A DNA stretch of 59,626 bases from Marinobacterium sp. Its GTDB lineage: Bacteria; Pseudomonadota; Gammaproteobacteria; Pseudomonadales; Balneatricaceae. The position numbers were made by a program, and so were the translations under genes. Of the stretch, positions 42,269 through 53,287 are shown one piece after another (positions within the stretch are counted from its first letter, which is position 1; each line of letters starts with the position of its first letter). The notes beneath the pieces were generated by a model, which made no database searches, had not been told where the DNA came from, and saw only the letters and a list, made by a program, of their open reading frames with translations. Location of the stretch: positions 1 to 59,626 of the forward strand of contig QKGH01000353.1 in the NCBI GenBank assembly GCA_003250495.1, in the 5' to 3' direction.

Positions 42269-43315
42269 TCAGATCGAGGCGGGCGCCAGGCGCTGCTCAC
42301 TGCGGTGCCAGAGACGGCGCGACAGTCGATCGACCGGCTCCTGGCGCCCATCCAGTATCCACTCCACCAGCGCGGTGGCGGTATCGGGCCAGGGCTGCGG
42401 CGCGGGGTTCGGCAGCGCCAACCAGGTCTCCAGCAAAGTCGGATCGAACTTCCGCATGATCCGGGCACGCGCCAGCTCCTGCAGCGCGGCCGCATTGGCC
42501 GACTGTTCGATCTGGTTCGTCAGCGGTTTCACCAGCAGCTTCTTACCCGACTGGATCGCCTCGCTGCACAGGCCGAAGCCCGCATTGCAGATGACGCCGT
42601 CGCAGATCGCCAGATCCTGCTGAAATCCGCGCCGGGAAAAGGGCTTCAACTGCAGATTATGCTGCTGTTCGGCCTGCTCGATCGCACAGTAAACGATGAA
42701 GCGATGGGAGGCGAAGCCGCGCAACCAGTAGCGAATATCGTCGAGTGTCTCGAACGGCAGATACACCAGCACCTGGCGCTCCACGCAATCCAGCGGGTTG
42801 GCCTGAGGTTCGATCAACGGCGGCAAGATCGGTGCATCGAAGTGGTGCCAATGCACGCCAACGGCCTGCTGCACCGGGGCGATCAACTTCAGCAGGGGTT
42901 TGAACCAGGGCGCTTTAGCGACGCCCGGAACCGGGTAACAGAAGGCATACTGGTGGGCGATGCCGAGGCTCGGCACCCGCTGCCGCTTCGCCGCCCAGGC
43001 GGTCACCGGTTCGAAGTCGCTGATCACCAGGTCGTAACCCGACAGATCGAGATCAGCCGCGTCGCGCCAGAGTCGATACAGGTTATTGCGCAGCAGGGTT
43101 CTGCCCAGCAGGACACGTCCCGCATCGGTCACCAGCGTCAGCCCCTGGCGAACCTGGTAGGCGCCGAACGGCTCCATATTGAAATAGCGCTCCGGGGCCC
43201 GGCCGCTGAACAGGTAATCGACCTCGATACCGGCCCGCGCCAACGCCGTGGACATCACCCGCGCCCGGGTTACGTGCCCATTCCCGGTACCCTGAACCCC
43301 ATACAGAATCCGCAT
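42269..43315 (-). CDS. MJ1255/VC2487 family glycosyltransferase
   Basis: MRILYGVQGTGNGHVTRAR, DLVISDFEP, HQYAF, CNAGFGLCSEA, QIEQSANA. Confidence 0.85.
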   Translation of the reverse strand: MRILYGVQGTGNGHVTRARVMSTALARAGIEVDYLFSGRAPERYFNMEPFGAYQVRQGLTLVTDAGRVLLGRTLLRNNLYRLWRDAADLDLSGYDLVISDFEPVTAWAAKRQRVPSLGIAHQYAFCYPVPGVAKAPWFKPLLKLIAPVQQAVGVHWHHFDAPILPPLIEPQANPLDCVERQVLVYLPFETLDDIRYWLRGFASHRFIVYCAIEQAEQQHNLQLKPFSRRGFQQDLAICDGVICNAGFGLCSEAIQSGKKLLVKPLTNQIEQSANAAALQELARARIMRKFDPTLLETWLALPNPAPQPWPDTATALVEWILDGRQEPVDRLSRRLWHRSEQRLAPASI

Positions 43316-43317
43316 CG

Positions 43318-43848
43318 TCAGAACAGGCTCCACAGCTGCAGGCCGAGCAGCCCGGCACAAACGCCGAGCAGTGCCCCGGCGGCGATATCGGTCGGATAGT
43401 GCACCCCGAGGATGATGCGGGACAGCCCGATCAGCAGCGCCAGCGCAAAGGCCGGCAGCAGCATACCGGGATACCAGGCCATCACCAGGGTTGCGAACAG
43501 AAACGCCGCCGCCGCATGGCCGGAGGGAAAACTGAATTTGTCCGACGGTTCGATCGCCACCTGGCAATCGTCGAAGCGGTGGCAGGGGCGGTCGCGCTTG
43601 ATGGTGTTCTTCAGCACCAGATAGAGCGGAAGTTCGATGCTAAACGCGAACAGACCGGAGAACAGGAACTGCCGGCCATGTTCGCCATCCAGCAGCGCCA
43701 GCCCGAGCCCCAGCATCAGGTAGAGCAGGCCATCCCCCAGGCGGGAAACCCAAAGGGAGATCGGCGCCATCCCACGTGCCTGGTTTACGCCATTGCACCA
43801 GTAAAACAGCCGGGTATCGAAGGCTGTCAGTTTCTGCAGTTTGTTCAT
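43318..43848 (-). CDS. PAP2-family membrane lipid phosphatase
   Basis: KNTIKRDRP, SFPSGH and SRIILGVHYPTD catalytic motifs; ends 2 bp before the glycosyltransferase start. Confidence 0.9.
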   Translation of the reverse strand: MNKLQKLTAFDTRLFYWCNGVNQARGMAPISLWVSRLGDGLLYLMLGLGLALLDGEHGRQFLFSGLFAFSIELPLYLVLKNTIKRDRPCHRFDDCQVAIEPSDKFSFPSGHAAAAFLFATLVMAWYPGMLLPAFALALLIGLSRIILGVHYPTDIAAGALLGVCAGLLGLQLWSLF

Positions 43849-43897
43849 GGCTTCCGTCCGCTTATATGCAGCCTGGGCCAATTATCTGCAGTGACAG

Positions 43898-43926
43898 ATG
43901 ACAGGGCGGTGACGCGCGATTGACGC
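43898..43926 (-). promoter_or_regulatory. Pho-box-like repeats upstream of the PAP2-glycosyltransferase operon
   Basis: GCGTCAA-TCGC-GCGTCAC-CGCC-CTGTCAT (11-bp period), followed by CTGTCACTGCA and a GATAAT -10-like hexamer. Confidence 0.6.
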
Positions 43927-43978
43927 TTTGATTAAGGCTGACGCAGCGCAGCGCCAGCCCGCCGCGGCAGTCCCAGCG

Positions 43979-44902
43979 CTACAGTGAGCGCTTGAACCAC
44001 TGCGCGGCCAGGCGGCTCAGCAGTTGCGGGTTGTTCCACGGGATCATATGCCCCTCGCCCGCCACTTCGATCAGCTCGAACGGATGGCTCACCCCATCGA
44101 TCACCCGATGGGAGTACTCCAGCGGCAACACCTCGTCCTGTTCGCCATGGATAATCGCCGCCTTGAACTGGAAGCGCTGGTTGACCACCCCGGCGCGGTG
44201 GGTGAACAGGCTGGCGAGCGTGCGCAGCGGATAGTCATAGACCACCCGCGGATCGTCATTGATCGCCTCGCCCGCCGGGTGTCCGGCGAGCAACTGGTCG
44301 TAATCGATGAACGATTTCAGCGGCAGGCGCAGGTCGGGGAACCACAACGCACTGCCCCAGGTCCAGGCCCAACCCAACTGGTGCAGCAGATCCGGTGCAA
44401 TCTCGGTCAACAGCAGCGTGCCGCACAACACCGACTGCACCCGCTCATCGCGCTCGGCCAGCGCCACCGCCAGCAGGGCCCCGATTGAGTAGCCATAGAC
44501 ACCCACCGCCCCGTTGCTGCGCCCCTGCAGCGCCGAGATCACCCGCTCCAGGTTGCATACCACCTGGTCCACCGTATAGTCGCCGCGCGGCCCGGCGGAG
44601 TAGCCATGACCAGGCAGGTCGACGCCGACCACATTGAAACCGGCATCGCTGATCCGGCACAACAGCTCGGCATACAACTCGCTGTAGGTGGCGATGCCGG
44701 GCAGGAACAGGACCAGCGGTGCCTCATCGCTATGGTGATAGTATTCGCAGTGGATACCATCCGGACCGACCCGGAACGCCTCCCGCCGCTGCAGATAGGG
44801 CTCCAGCCCCAGCTTTTCGCGCAGCACCGCCCGCTTCGCCGCCGCCTCCGGGTTCTCTTCATCGAACAGCGGTGGCATCAACCTCTCAACAGGGTTATTC
44901 AT
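43979..44902 (-). CDS. Alpha/beta hydrolase (lysophospholipase-like)
   Basis: DLPGHGYS, nucleophile elbow GYSIG, HGEQDEVL, EGH. Confidence 0.8.
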   Translation of the reverse strand: MNNPVERLMPPLFDEENPEAAAKRAVLREKLGLEPYLQRREAFRVGPDGIHCEYYHHSDEAPLVLFLPGIATYSELYAELLCRISDAGFNVVGVDLPGHGYSAGPRGDYTVDQVVCNLERVISALQGRSNGAVGVYGYSIGALLAVALAERDERVQSVLCGTLLLTEIAPDLLHQLGWAWTWGSALWFPDLRLPLKSFIDYDQLLAGHPAGEAINDDPRVVYDYPLRTLASLFTHRAGVVNQRFQFKAAIIHGEQDEVLPLEYSHRVIDGVSHPFELIEVAGEGHMIPWNNPQLLSRLAAQWFKRSL

Positions 44903-44913
44903 CTAGACTCCAA

Positions 44914-45726
44914 TTAGCGCTGACAGCCGGGACAAAACACGGTACTGCGCTGCCCCAGACGCACCTCTTTCAATATCCTGCCACAATGCAGACAGGGCGC
45001 TCCACCCCGGCCGTACACATTCAGGTGCTGGCTGAAATAGCCCGGTTTGCCATCACCGCCGACGAAATCGCGCAGGGTCGTCCCACCCTGCTCGATGGCA
45101 CAGGCCAGCACGAAACGGATCGCCTCGACCAGCTTCTCCAGCCGCTGCAACGACACCCGCCCCGCGGCCCGCCTGGGGTCGATGCCGGCCATGAACAGCG
45201 CTTCGTTCGCGTAGATATTGCCGACCCCGACCACCACGTGGCTGTCCATGATCAGGGCCTTGATCGCACTGCGCCGCCCCTGGCAGCAGCTGTGCAGGTA
45301 CTCCACGGTAAAATCGTCCGACAACGGTTCCGGCCCCAGGCTGGCGAGCAGCGGATGTACCTCGGCCGCCGCCTGCCACAGCAGGGCGCCGAAGCGGCGC
45401 GGGTCGGTCAGCCGCAGCAGTTGCCCGCTATCCAGTTCGATATCGATATGGTCGTGCTTACCGACGGGCTGTCCGTCGTCGAGAATACGCAGACTGCCGG
45501 ACATCCCCAGGTGCAGCAGCAGCGCCCCGTCGTCGACGTCGATCAACAGGTACTTGCCGCGCCGGCGTACCGCCCTGATCTGCTGGCCCGGCAACCGCTC
45601 CGCCAGCTCCGCCGGTACCGGCCAGCGCAACCGTGGCTGGCGTACGACCAGACGATCGATACGGCACCCCTCGATATGCGGCGCGATACCGCGGCGGGTG
45701 GTTTCTACTTCTGGCAATTCAGGCAT
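44914..45726 (-). CDS. mutM: Formamidopyrimidine-DNA glycosylase
   Basis: [31 protein letters not shown]-terminal Zn finger. Confidence 0.95.
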   Translation of the reverse strand: MPELPEVETTRRGIAPHIEGCRIDRLVVRQPRLRWPVPAELAERLPGQQIRAVRRRGKYLLIDVDDGALLLHLGMSGSLRILDDGQPVGKHDHIDIELDSGQLLRLTDPRRFGALLWQAAAEVHPLLASLGPEPLSDDFTVEYLHSCCQGRRSAIKALIMDSHVVVGVGNIYANEALFMAGIDPRRAAGRVSLQRLEKLVEAIRFVLACAIEQGGTTLRDFVGGDGKPGYFSQHLNVYGRGGAPCLHCGRILKEVRLGQRSTVFCPGCQR

Positions 45727-45820
45727 CGATCTATCTCTCGCGACTGCGTTGAACCCGATTATCCGGACTGCGCCAGGATCCCGCCATGCAGGGGCCTTGC
45801 CAAATCCGGATGGCAGAAAC

Positions 45821-45848
45821 AAAAAACCCGCCGGATGGCGGGTTTTTT
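45821..45848 (-). terminator. Intrinsic terminator of rpmB-rpmG
   Basis: AAAAAACCCGCC-GGAT-GGCGGGTTTTTT. Confidence 0.85.
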
Positions 45849-45862
45849 GCGAAACCGATCAA

Positions 45863-46030
45863 TTACTTGATCTTGGCTTCTTTGTAGATCACGTGCTTGC
45901 GAACAACCGGATCGTATTTCTTGAATTCGAACTTGTCCGGAGTGTTACGCTTGTTCTTGTCGGTGGTGTAGAAGTGACCGGTACCGGCAGAGGATACCAG
46001 ACGGATCTTCTCGCGTGCGCCTTTAGCCAT
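45863..46030 (-). CDS. rpmG: 50S ribosomal protein L33 (absent from the ORF track, 55 aa)
   Basis: Hand translation [55 protein letters not shown]. Confidence 0.95.
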   Translation of the reverse strand: MAKGAREKIRLVSSAGTGHFYTTDKNKRNTPDKFEFKKYDPVVRKHVIYKEAKIK

Positions 46031-46043
46031 GATTCAAATCTCC

Positions 46044-46280
46044 TCAGACTTTCTCGCCACGGGCACGCAGTTCAGACAGAACCGCGTCGATACCCTTCTT
46101 ATCGATGATGCGCATGCCTTTGGAGGAAACGCGCAGACGCACAAAACGGTTCTCGGTCTCTACCCAGAACCGGTGCCAGTGCAGGTTCGGCAGGAAACGA
46201 CGACGTGTTTTGCGCTGTGAGTGGGAAACGTTGTTCCCGGTGACCGGGCCCTTGCCCGTTACCATGCAAACTCGAGACAT
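46044..46280 (-). CDS. rpmB: 50S ribosomal protein L28
   Basis: [10 protein letters not shown]...GNNVSHS...RRFLPNL. Confidence 0.95.
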   Translation of the reverse strand: MSRVCMVTGKGPVTGNNVSHSQRKTRRRFLPNLHWHRFWVETENRFVRLRVSSKGMRIIDKKGIDAVLSELRARGEKV

Positions 46281-46464
46281 TGCAGTAAACCTTTATTTAA
46301 GGGTTGCGTTGACCTCTGTCCGATGTTTATCGAGAGCCACTACACGCTCTCTCAGGCGGAGCGTCCAATAAACGGACAAAATACCGTACCATTACGGGAC
46401 AGAAGGCGGCGAATAATACAGAACCCGCTACCCCATTACCAGCCTTTTGCACAATTTTTCACCA

Positions 46465-47139
46465 CTACAGCCAGCCGCGCTCCATGAAGGAGACGCTTTC
46501 CCCATCGCCGATCACTATGTGATCGAGTACCCGCACGTCGACCAGTGCCAACGCCTGCACCAGCCGCTCGGTGATCTGCCGGTCGGCCACCGAGGGCTCA
46601 GCCACGCCCGACGGGTGGTTGTGCGCCAGGATCAGTGCCGCCGCCTGGTGCTGCAGCGCCAGCCGCACCACTTCGCGCGGGTAGACGCTGGCGGCATTGA
46701 TGGTACCGAAGAACAGCGCCTGATAGTGGATCACCCGGTGCTTGTTATCGAGCAGCAGACAGGCGAACACCTCCCGCGCTTCGTGGCGCAGCTGTGCCGT
46801 CAGATAGCGCTGTACCGCCAGCGGACTCTCCAGCGCCGCGCCACGCTGCAACGTGGCGGCCAGATGCCGGCGCGCCATCTCCATCACCGCCTGCAGCTGT
46901 ACGTATTTGGCGACACCCAGGCCATGGGCGGCACAGAATTCGGTTTGGTTGCTCTCCAGCAGCGGCCGCAGCCCGCCGAAACTGACCAGCAGCTCCCGCG
47001 CCAGGTCCACCGCACTCTTGCCGGCCACCCCGGTGCGCAGGAAGATCGCCAGCAGCTCGGCATCGGACAGGGCATCCGCCCCCCGCTCCAGCAACTTCTC
47101 CCTTGGCCGCTCCGCCCGCGGCCAGTCGCTTATCGCCAT
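46465..47139 (-). CDS. radC: RadC/JAB domain protein
   Basis: [27 protein letters not shown]...PSVAD, LDHIVIG. Confidence 0.95.
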   Translation of the reverse strand: MAISDWPRAERPREKLLERGADALSDAELLAIFLRTGVAGKSAVDLARELLVSFGGLRPLLESNQTEFCAAHGLGVAKYVQLQAVMEMARRHLAATLQRGAALESPLAVQRYLTAQLRHEAREVFACLLLDNKHRVIHYQALFFGTINAASVYPREVVRLALQHQAAALILAHNHPSGVAEPSVADRQITERLVQALALVDVRVLDHIVIGDGESVSFMERGWL

Positions 47140-47260
47140 CCCGCCACCTCCCTGCGCGTGCTCCTGCACTACGCAATATAGCGCTGAAATGGTATCTTAG
47201 CGCCTCGCGAACCCTAACCCTTCGGGTTATATATCCACCATTTTTCCGGACTCACAGGGT

Positions 47261-48487
47261 ATGCACAGACTTACTAACCGGCGTTTGCTGCTCGGCATCA
47301 CCGGCGGTATTGCAGCCTATAAAAGTGCCGAGTTGACCCGGCTGTTGAAAGGCGCCGGCGCGGACGTGCGGGTTGTCATGACCCCGGCCGCCACCGAATT
47401 CATCACCCCACTGACCCTGCAGGCCCTGTCGGGTAATCCGGTGCACCTGCAGCTGCTGGACCCGGAAGCCGAAGCCGGCATGGGCCACATCGAACTGGCG
47501 AAATGGGCGGACCTAATCCTGGTCGCCCCCGCCAGCGCCGACTTCCTTGCCCGCCTGGCCGCCGGTATGGGCGACGACCTGCTGACCACACTGTGTCTGG
47601 CCACCGACGCACCGATCTGTCTGGCGCCGGCGATGAACCAGGCGATGTGGCGCGACGCCCGCACCCAACAGAATATGGATAAGCTGAAAGCGCTCGGCAT
47701 GTTGGTGTTCGGCCCCGGCAGCGGCGTCCAGGCCTGCGGCGATACCGGCCCGGGGCGGATGCTGGAGCCCACCGAACTGGCACTGTTGGCCGCCGAGCGC
47801 TTCGAACACCGCGCGCTGGCCGGCAAAACCGTGTTCATCACCGCCGGACCCACCCGCGAGGCGCTCGACCCGGTACGCTTCATCTCCAATCACAGCTCCG
47901 GCAAGATGGGTTATGCCCTGGCCGAAGCCGCCCGTGACGCCGGCGCCCGGGTGCGGTTGATCTCCGGCCCGGTCAACCTGCCGCCCCCGGAGCGGATCAG
48001 CTGCATACAGGTGGAATCGGCGCAGCAGATGCTGGACGCCGCGCTGGATGGCCTGGCGCAGTGCGACCTGTTCATCGCCGCCGCCGCCGTGGCCGACTAC
48101 CGCCCGGTCTCGATCGCCGAGCACAAGATCAAGAAGGGCAGCGAAGAGATCATGGAGCTGCACCTGATCAAGAACCCCGATATCGTGGCCAGCGTCGCGG
48201 CCAGCGCTACGCGCCCGTTTACCGTCGGCTTCGCCGCCGAGACCCGCGACGTGGTGCAGTACGCGCAGGATAAGCTGAGCCGCAAGCGGCTCGACCTGAT
48301 CGTCGCCAACGACGTTTCGCAACCCGGCATAGGTTTCAACTCCGACGACAACGCCGTCACCCTGGTCACGTCAACCACCACCGAAACCCTGCCGACCACC
48401 AGCAAACAGCAGTTGGCTCGCCAACTGATCTCCCGAATTGCCACCTATTTCGACGACTATGAAAAAACTGCAAGTAAAGATTCTTGA
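47261..48487 (+). CDS. coaBC: Bifunctional phosphopantothenoylcysteine decarboxylase/synthetase
   Basis: [37 protein letters not shown]. Confidence 0.95.
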   Translation: MHRLTNRRLLLGITGGIAAYKSAELTRLLKGAGADVRVVMTPAATEFITPLTLQALSGNPVHLQLLDPEAEAGMGHIELAKWADLILVAPASADFLARLAAGMGDDLLTTLCLATDAPICLAPAMNQAMWRDARTQQNMDKLKALGMLVFGPGSGVQACGDTGPGRMLEPTELALLAAERFEHRALAGKTVFITAGPTREALDPVRFISNHSSGKMGYALAEAARDAGARVRLISGPVNLPPPERISCIQVESAQQMLDAALDGLAQCDLFIAAAAVADYRPVSIAEHKIKKGSEEIMELHLIKNPDIVASVAASATRPFTVGFAAETRDVVQYAQDKLSRKRLDLIVANDVSQPGIGFNSDDNAVTLVTSTTTETLPTTSKQQLARQLISRIATYFDDYEKTASKDS

Positions 48488-48914
48488 TGACCGTATCGGC
48501 CAGCAACTCCCGCTGCCGGCCTATGCCACCCCCGGTTCCGCCGGTCTGGACCTGCGCGCCTGCCTGGACCAGGCCCTGACCCTGGAACCGGGACAGACCG
48601 AGCTGATCCCGACCGGGCTGGCGATCCATATCGAAGACCCGAACCTGTGCGCAATGATCCTGCCGCGCTCCGGCCTGGGCCATAAGCACGGCATCGTGCT
48701 CGGCAACCTGGTCGGTCTGATCGATTCCGATTACCAGGGCCAGCTGTTCGTCTCTTGTTGGAACCGGGGCCAGACCACCTTCACCGTCGAACCCGGCGAG
48801 CGCATCGCCCAGTTGGTGCTGGTGCCGGTGGTGCAGGCCGAGTTCGAGTTGGTCAATGAGTTCAGCGACAGTGATCGCGGCGCCGGCGGTTTCGGCTCCT
48901 CGGGCCGGCACTGA
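48459..48914 (+). CDS. dut: dUTP diphosphatase
   Basis: [32 protein letters not shown]. Confidence 0.95.
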   Translation: MKKLQVKILDDRIGQQLPLPAYATPGSAGLDLRACLDQALTLEPGQTELIPTGLAIHIEDPNLCAMILPRSGLGHKHGIVLGNLVGLIDSDYQGQLFVSCWNRGQTTFTVEPGERIAQLVLVPVVQAEFELVNEFSDSDRGAGGFGSSGRH

Positions 48915-48938
48915 GTCGGTCCAACGCCGGAGAGTAGT

Positions 48939-50324
48939 GTGATCCCCTTGCCCAACGTCGACCCCAGTATCTTCCGCGCCTACGATATCCGCGGCATCGT
49001 CGGCCGTTCTCTGACGCCGGCGCTGGCCTACCACCTGGGGCGGGCCTATGCGGCGATCGCCCGCGAGCGCGCTATCGAGACAGTATTCGTTGCCGCTGAT
49101 GGCCGGCTCTCGGGCCCGGAGCTGAAGCAAGCACTCAGCAACGGCCTGGTCGAGGGCGGTTGCGCGGTCACCGATATCGGTTACGTCCCGACCCCGCTGC
49201 TCTATTTCGCCGCCAGCCGCCACCCGCAGCAGAGCGGGATCATGGTCACCGGCAGCCACAACCCGGCCGACTACAACGGCTTCAAACTGATGCTGGACGG
49301 CGAAACCCTGTCCGGCGAGGCGATCCAGCAACTGCGCCAGCGTATCGAACAGCGCGCCTACAGCAGCGGCGCGGGACGGGCCGACACCCTCGCTATCGAC
49401 GCCACCTATCTGCAACGGGTCTGCGACGACGTACAGTTACAGCGCCCGCTGAAGCTGGTCGTCGACTGCGGTAACGGCATCGCCGGACGCCTGGCTCCGG
49501 AGCTGTTCAGCCGTCTCGGCTGCGACGTGATCCCGCTGTTCTGCGAGGTGGATGGCCATTTCCCCAACCACCACCCCGACCCGGGCAAGCTGAAGAACCT
49601 GCAGGATCTGATCGCCACCGTGCGCGCAACCGGTGCCGACCTGGGAGTGGCGTTCGATGGCGATGGCGATCGCGCCGGCCTGGTCACCGATACCGGCAAG
49701 GTGATCTATGCGGACCGCCTGCTGATGCTGCTGGCCGAGGATCTGTTGCAGCGCCGGCCCGGCGCCACCATCCTCTACGACGTAAAATGCTCCCGCCTGC
49801 TGCCGCAGCTGATCGTCGCCAACGGCGGCCAGGCCCTGATGTGCCAGACCGGCCACTCGCTGATCAAGCGGCGAATGAAGGAGACCGGGGCGCTGCTGGC
49901 CGGCGAGATGAGCGGTCACCTGTTCATCAAGGAGCGCTGGTACGGTTTCGACGATGGCCTGTACAGCGCCGCCCGCCTGCTCGAGATCCTGGCTGCCCGC
50001 CCCGAGCCGGTGGCGCGGGTGTTCAGTGCCTATCCCGAGGATATCAGCACCCCCGAGCTGCAGATCGAGGTGGCCGAAGCCAATAAATTCGCTATTGTCG
50101 ACGAATTGCGCCAATACGACTTTCCCGGCGGCGCGGTGAGCCAGATCGACGGTATCCGCGTCGACTACGACGATGGCTGGGGGCTGGTGCGCGCCTCCAA
50201 TACCACGCCGGTACTGGTACTGCGTTTCGAAGCCAGCTCGGAGAGCGCCCTGGCGCGTATCCGCAACGAATTTCAGACCCGTCTGCACAGCATCGATGCG
50301 AGCCTGGATATTCCGCACGACTGA
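48939..50324 (+). CDS. algC: Phosphomannomutase/phosphoglucomutase
   Basis: FRAYDIRG, TGSHNP, FDGDGDR, GEMSGH, RASNTTP. Confidence 0.9.
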   Translation: MIPLPNVDPSIFRAYDIRGIVGRSLTPALAYHLGRAYAAIARERAIETVFVAADGRLSGPELKQALSNGLVEGGCAVTDIGYVPTPLLYFAASRHPQQSGIMVTGSHNPADYNGFKLMLDGETLSGEAIQQLRQRIEQRAYSSGAGRADTLAIDATYLQRVCDDVQLQRPLKLVVDCGNGIAGRLAPELFSRLGCDVIPLFCEVDGHFPNHHPDPGKLKNLQDLIATVRATGADLGVAFDGDGDRAGLVTDTGKVIYADRLLMLLAEDLLQRRPGATILYDVKCSRLLPQLIVANGGQALMCQTGHSLIKRRMKETGALLAGEMSGHLFIKERWYGFDDGLYSAARLLEILAARPEPVARVFSAYPEDISTPELQIEVAEANKFAIVDELRQYDFPGGAVSQIDGIRVDYDDGWGLVRASNTTPVLVLRFEASSESALARIRNEFQTRLHSIDASLDIPHD

Positions 50325-51254
<930 letters not shown>

Positions 51255-51263
51255 GGACAGGGG

Positions 51264-51866
51264 ATGAGCGAGCAACAGATCGAACAGAAGATTTCCCGTC
51301 GCGAGCAGATCCTGCAGGCCCTGGCACAGATGCTGGAGGTCAACCCGGGGCAGCGCATCACCACCGCCGCCCTGGCGCGGGAGGTGGGGGTATCGGAAGC
51401 GGCGCTGTACCGGCACTTCCCCAGCAAGGCACGGATGTTCGAGGGGCTGATCGGGTTCATCGAGGACACCCTGTTCTCCCGGGTGAATCTGATCCTCGCC
51501 TCCCAGGCCGGTGGCGTACGCCAGTGCGAGCAGATCCTGACGCTGCTGCTGGCGTTCGTCGAGAAGAATCCCGGCATGGCCCGGATCCTGACCGGAGACG
51601 CGCTGGCCGGCGAAACCGACCGCCTGCGACTACGGGTGAACCAACTGTTCGAGCGCCTCGAAACCCAACTCAAGCAGGTTATGCGCGAAAGCGAAGTCCG
51701 CGAAGGGTTGCGCACCGAGATCCCGGTCGGTTCCGCGGCCAACCTGATGCTGGCCAGCGCGGAGGGGCGTATCCGCCAGTTCGTGCGCAGCGAGTTCAAA
51801 CGCCGCCCCACCGAGTTCTGGCCGGAACAGTGGAGCCGGTTGGCGCAGGGGCTGTTTCGCGCCTGA
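51264..51866 (+). CDS. slmA: Nucleoid occlusion factor SlmA
   Basis: [14 protein letters not shown]...RITTAALA...[21 protein letters not shown]. Confidence 0.9.
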   Translation: MSEQQIEQKISRREQILQALAQMLEVNPGQRITTAALAREVGVSEAALYRHFPSKARMFEGLIGFIEDTLFSRVNLILASQAGGVRQCEQILTLLLAFVEKNPGMARILTGDALAGETDRLRLRVNQLFERLETQLKQVMRESEVREGLRTEIPVGSAANLMLASAEGRIRQFVRSEFKRRPTEFWPEQWSRLAQGLFRA

Positions 51867-51872
51867 GCCTTC

Positions 51873-51906
51873 ACAGCCGGCGGTTTATGGCACCGCCGGC
51901 TGTTTC
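51873..51906 (+). terminator. Hairpin terminator after slmA
   Basis: ACAGCCGGCGGT-N7-ACCGCCGGCTGT-TTC. Confidence 0.65.
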
Positions 51907-52046
51907 ATTGTTCCACCCGCTGTATCGATTGTTTCACCGACACCCCTTCAGCCCACTTGGCCGGCCCCCTACAATGCAGGTGGCCAGCCCTGTGCTGCCC
52001 GTGTACCCAACGCAATAATAACCACTTATAACGACAGGACGTTGCC

Positions 52047-53249
52047 ATGCCCGATCAATTCAAAGGCCCCTTTGACGGCCGCCCCCTGGCCTTTGCCGGG
52101 GCCGTACTGGCCATTCTACTGGCGGCGATCAACCTGCGCGGCGGCCTGGTCGTGGTCGGACCGCTGGTCGAGGATATCCGTGGCGCCCTGAATTTCAGTG
52201 CCAGCCAGTTCAGCCTGCTGACCACCCTGCCGCTGATCTGCTTCGGCGTCGTCTCCGCCAGCGTACCGCTGCTGACGCGACACATTACACCACCGCTGGT
52301 GGTCGTCGGCGCGCTACTGCTGATCAGCCTGGGGGCCTTCCTGCGCATCGCCGAGCCCTTTGCGATCATTCTCGCCGGAACCCTGCTGCTGGGTTCGGCC
52401 ATCGCCCTGCTCAACGTACTGATCCCCGGGCTGGTCAAAGGCTACTTCCCGCGCCACACCGGCATCATGACCGGCATCTACTCGGTGACGCTCGGCGTCG
52501 GTGCCGGGCTCGGCGTCTACCTGGCGGTACCGCTACGCGACGCCTTCGCCGACTGGCATGCGCCGATGCTGTTATGGGGAATCTTGCCGCTCCTCTGTCT
52601 GCCGCCCTGGCTCTACCTGTTGCGAGTCCGTTCGCGCACTTATCAGCCGCCCCGACAGGCCGAGGTCAATCTGTGGCGCAACCGTACCGCCTGGTGCCTG
52701 ACCGGCTTCATGGGGCTGCAGTCGCTGTACTTCTATGCGCTGGCGACCTGGTTGCCCAAGTTACTGCTGGACGCCGGGCTCAGCGATGCCGAGGCGGGGC
52801 TGGGCGCCGCACTGCTCAGCGTGACGGGCATCCCGGCCAACCTGCTGATACCACTGCTGGCAACACGGATACCGGACCAGCGCCCGCTGGTCTGGGCGAT
52901 CGCCATGCTGGCCGTGGCAGGTCTTGGCGGCCTCATGCTGCTGCCCGCCACCGGCACCTGGCTCTGGACATCGTTGATCGGTCTCAGCGCCGGTGCGTCC
53001 CTGAGCCTGGCCCTGACGCTGTTCGCCCTGCGCGGCGAAAGTGCCACCCAGGCCACGGCACTGTCGGCGATGGCCCAAAGTGTGGGTTATCTGATTGCAG
53101 CCAGCGGACCGATGCTGGTCGGCGCCTTACGGGATTTCAGCGGCAACTGGATCCTGGCCGTCGGCCTGCTGATCCTGTGCCAGCTGATCCAGTTACGCCT
53201 GGGGTTGGTGGCCGGCCGTGCCGGCACTCTGGCCGCGCGCAGTCCGTAA
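52047..53249 (+). CDS. MFS transporter, CynX/NimT family
   Basis: INLR, LLTTLPL, FMGLQS, LSAMAQSVGY; about 12 hydrophobic segments. Confidence 0.85.
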   Translation: MPDQFKGPFDGRPLAFAGAVLAILLAAINLRGGLVVVGPLVEDIRGALNFSASQFSLLTTLPLICFGVVSASVPLLTRHITPPLVVVGALLLISLGAFLRIAEPFAIILAGTLLLGSAIALLNVLIPGLVKGYFPRHTGIMTGIYSVTLGVGAGLGVYLAVPLRDAFADWHAPMLLWGILPLLCLPPWLYLLRVRSRTYQPPRQAEVNLWRNRTAWCLTGFMGLQSLYFYALATWLPKLLLDAGLSDAEAGLGAALLSVTGIPANLLIPLLATRIPDQRPLVWAIAMLAVAGLGGLMLLPATGTWLWTSLIGLSAGASLSLALTLFALRGESATQATALSAMAQSVGYLIAASGPMLVGALRDFSGNWILAVGLLILCQLIQLRLGLVAGRAGTLAARSP

Positions 53250-53287
53250 TCGGACCGCGCGGGTTGGTTAGCGCGGGTTAGCGCCGC

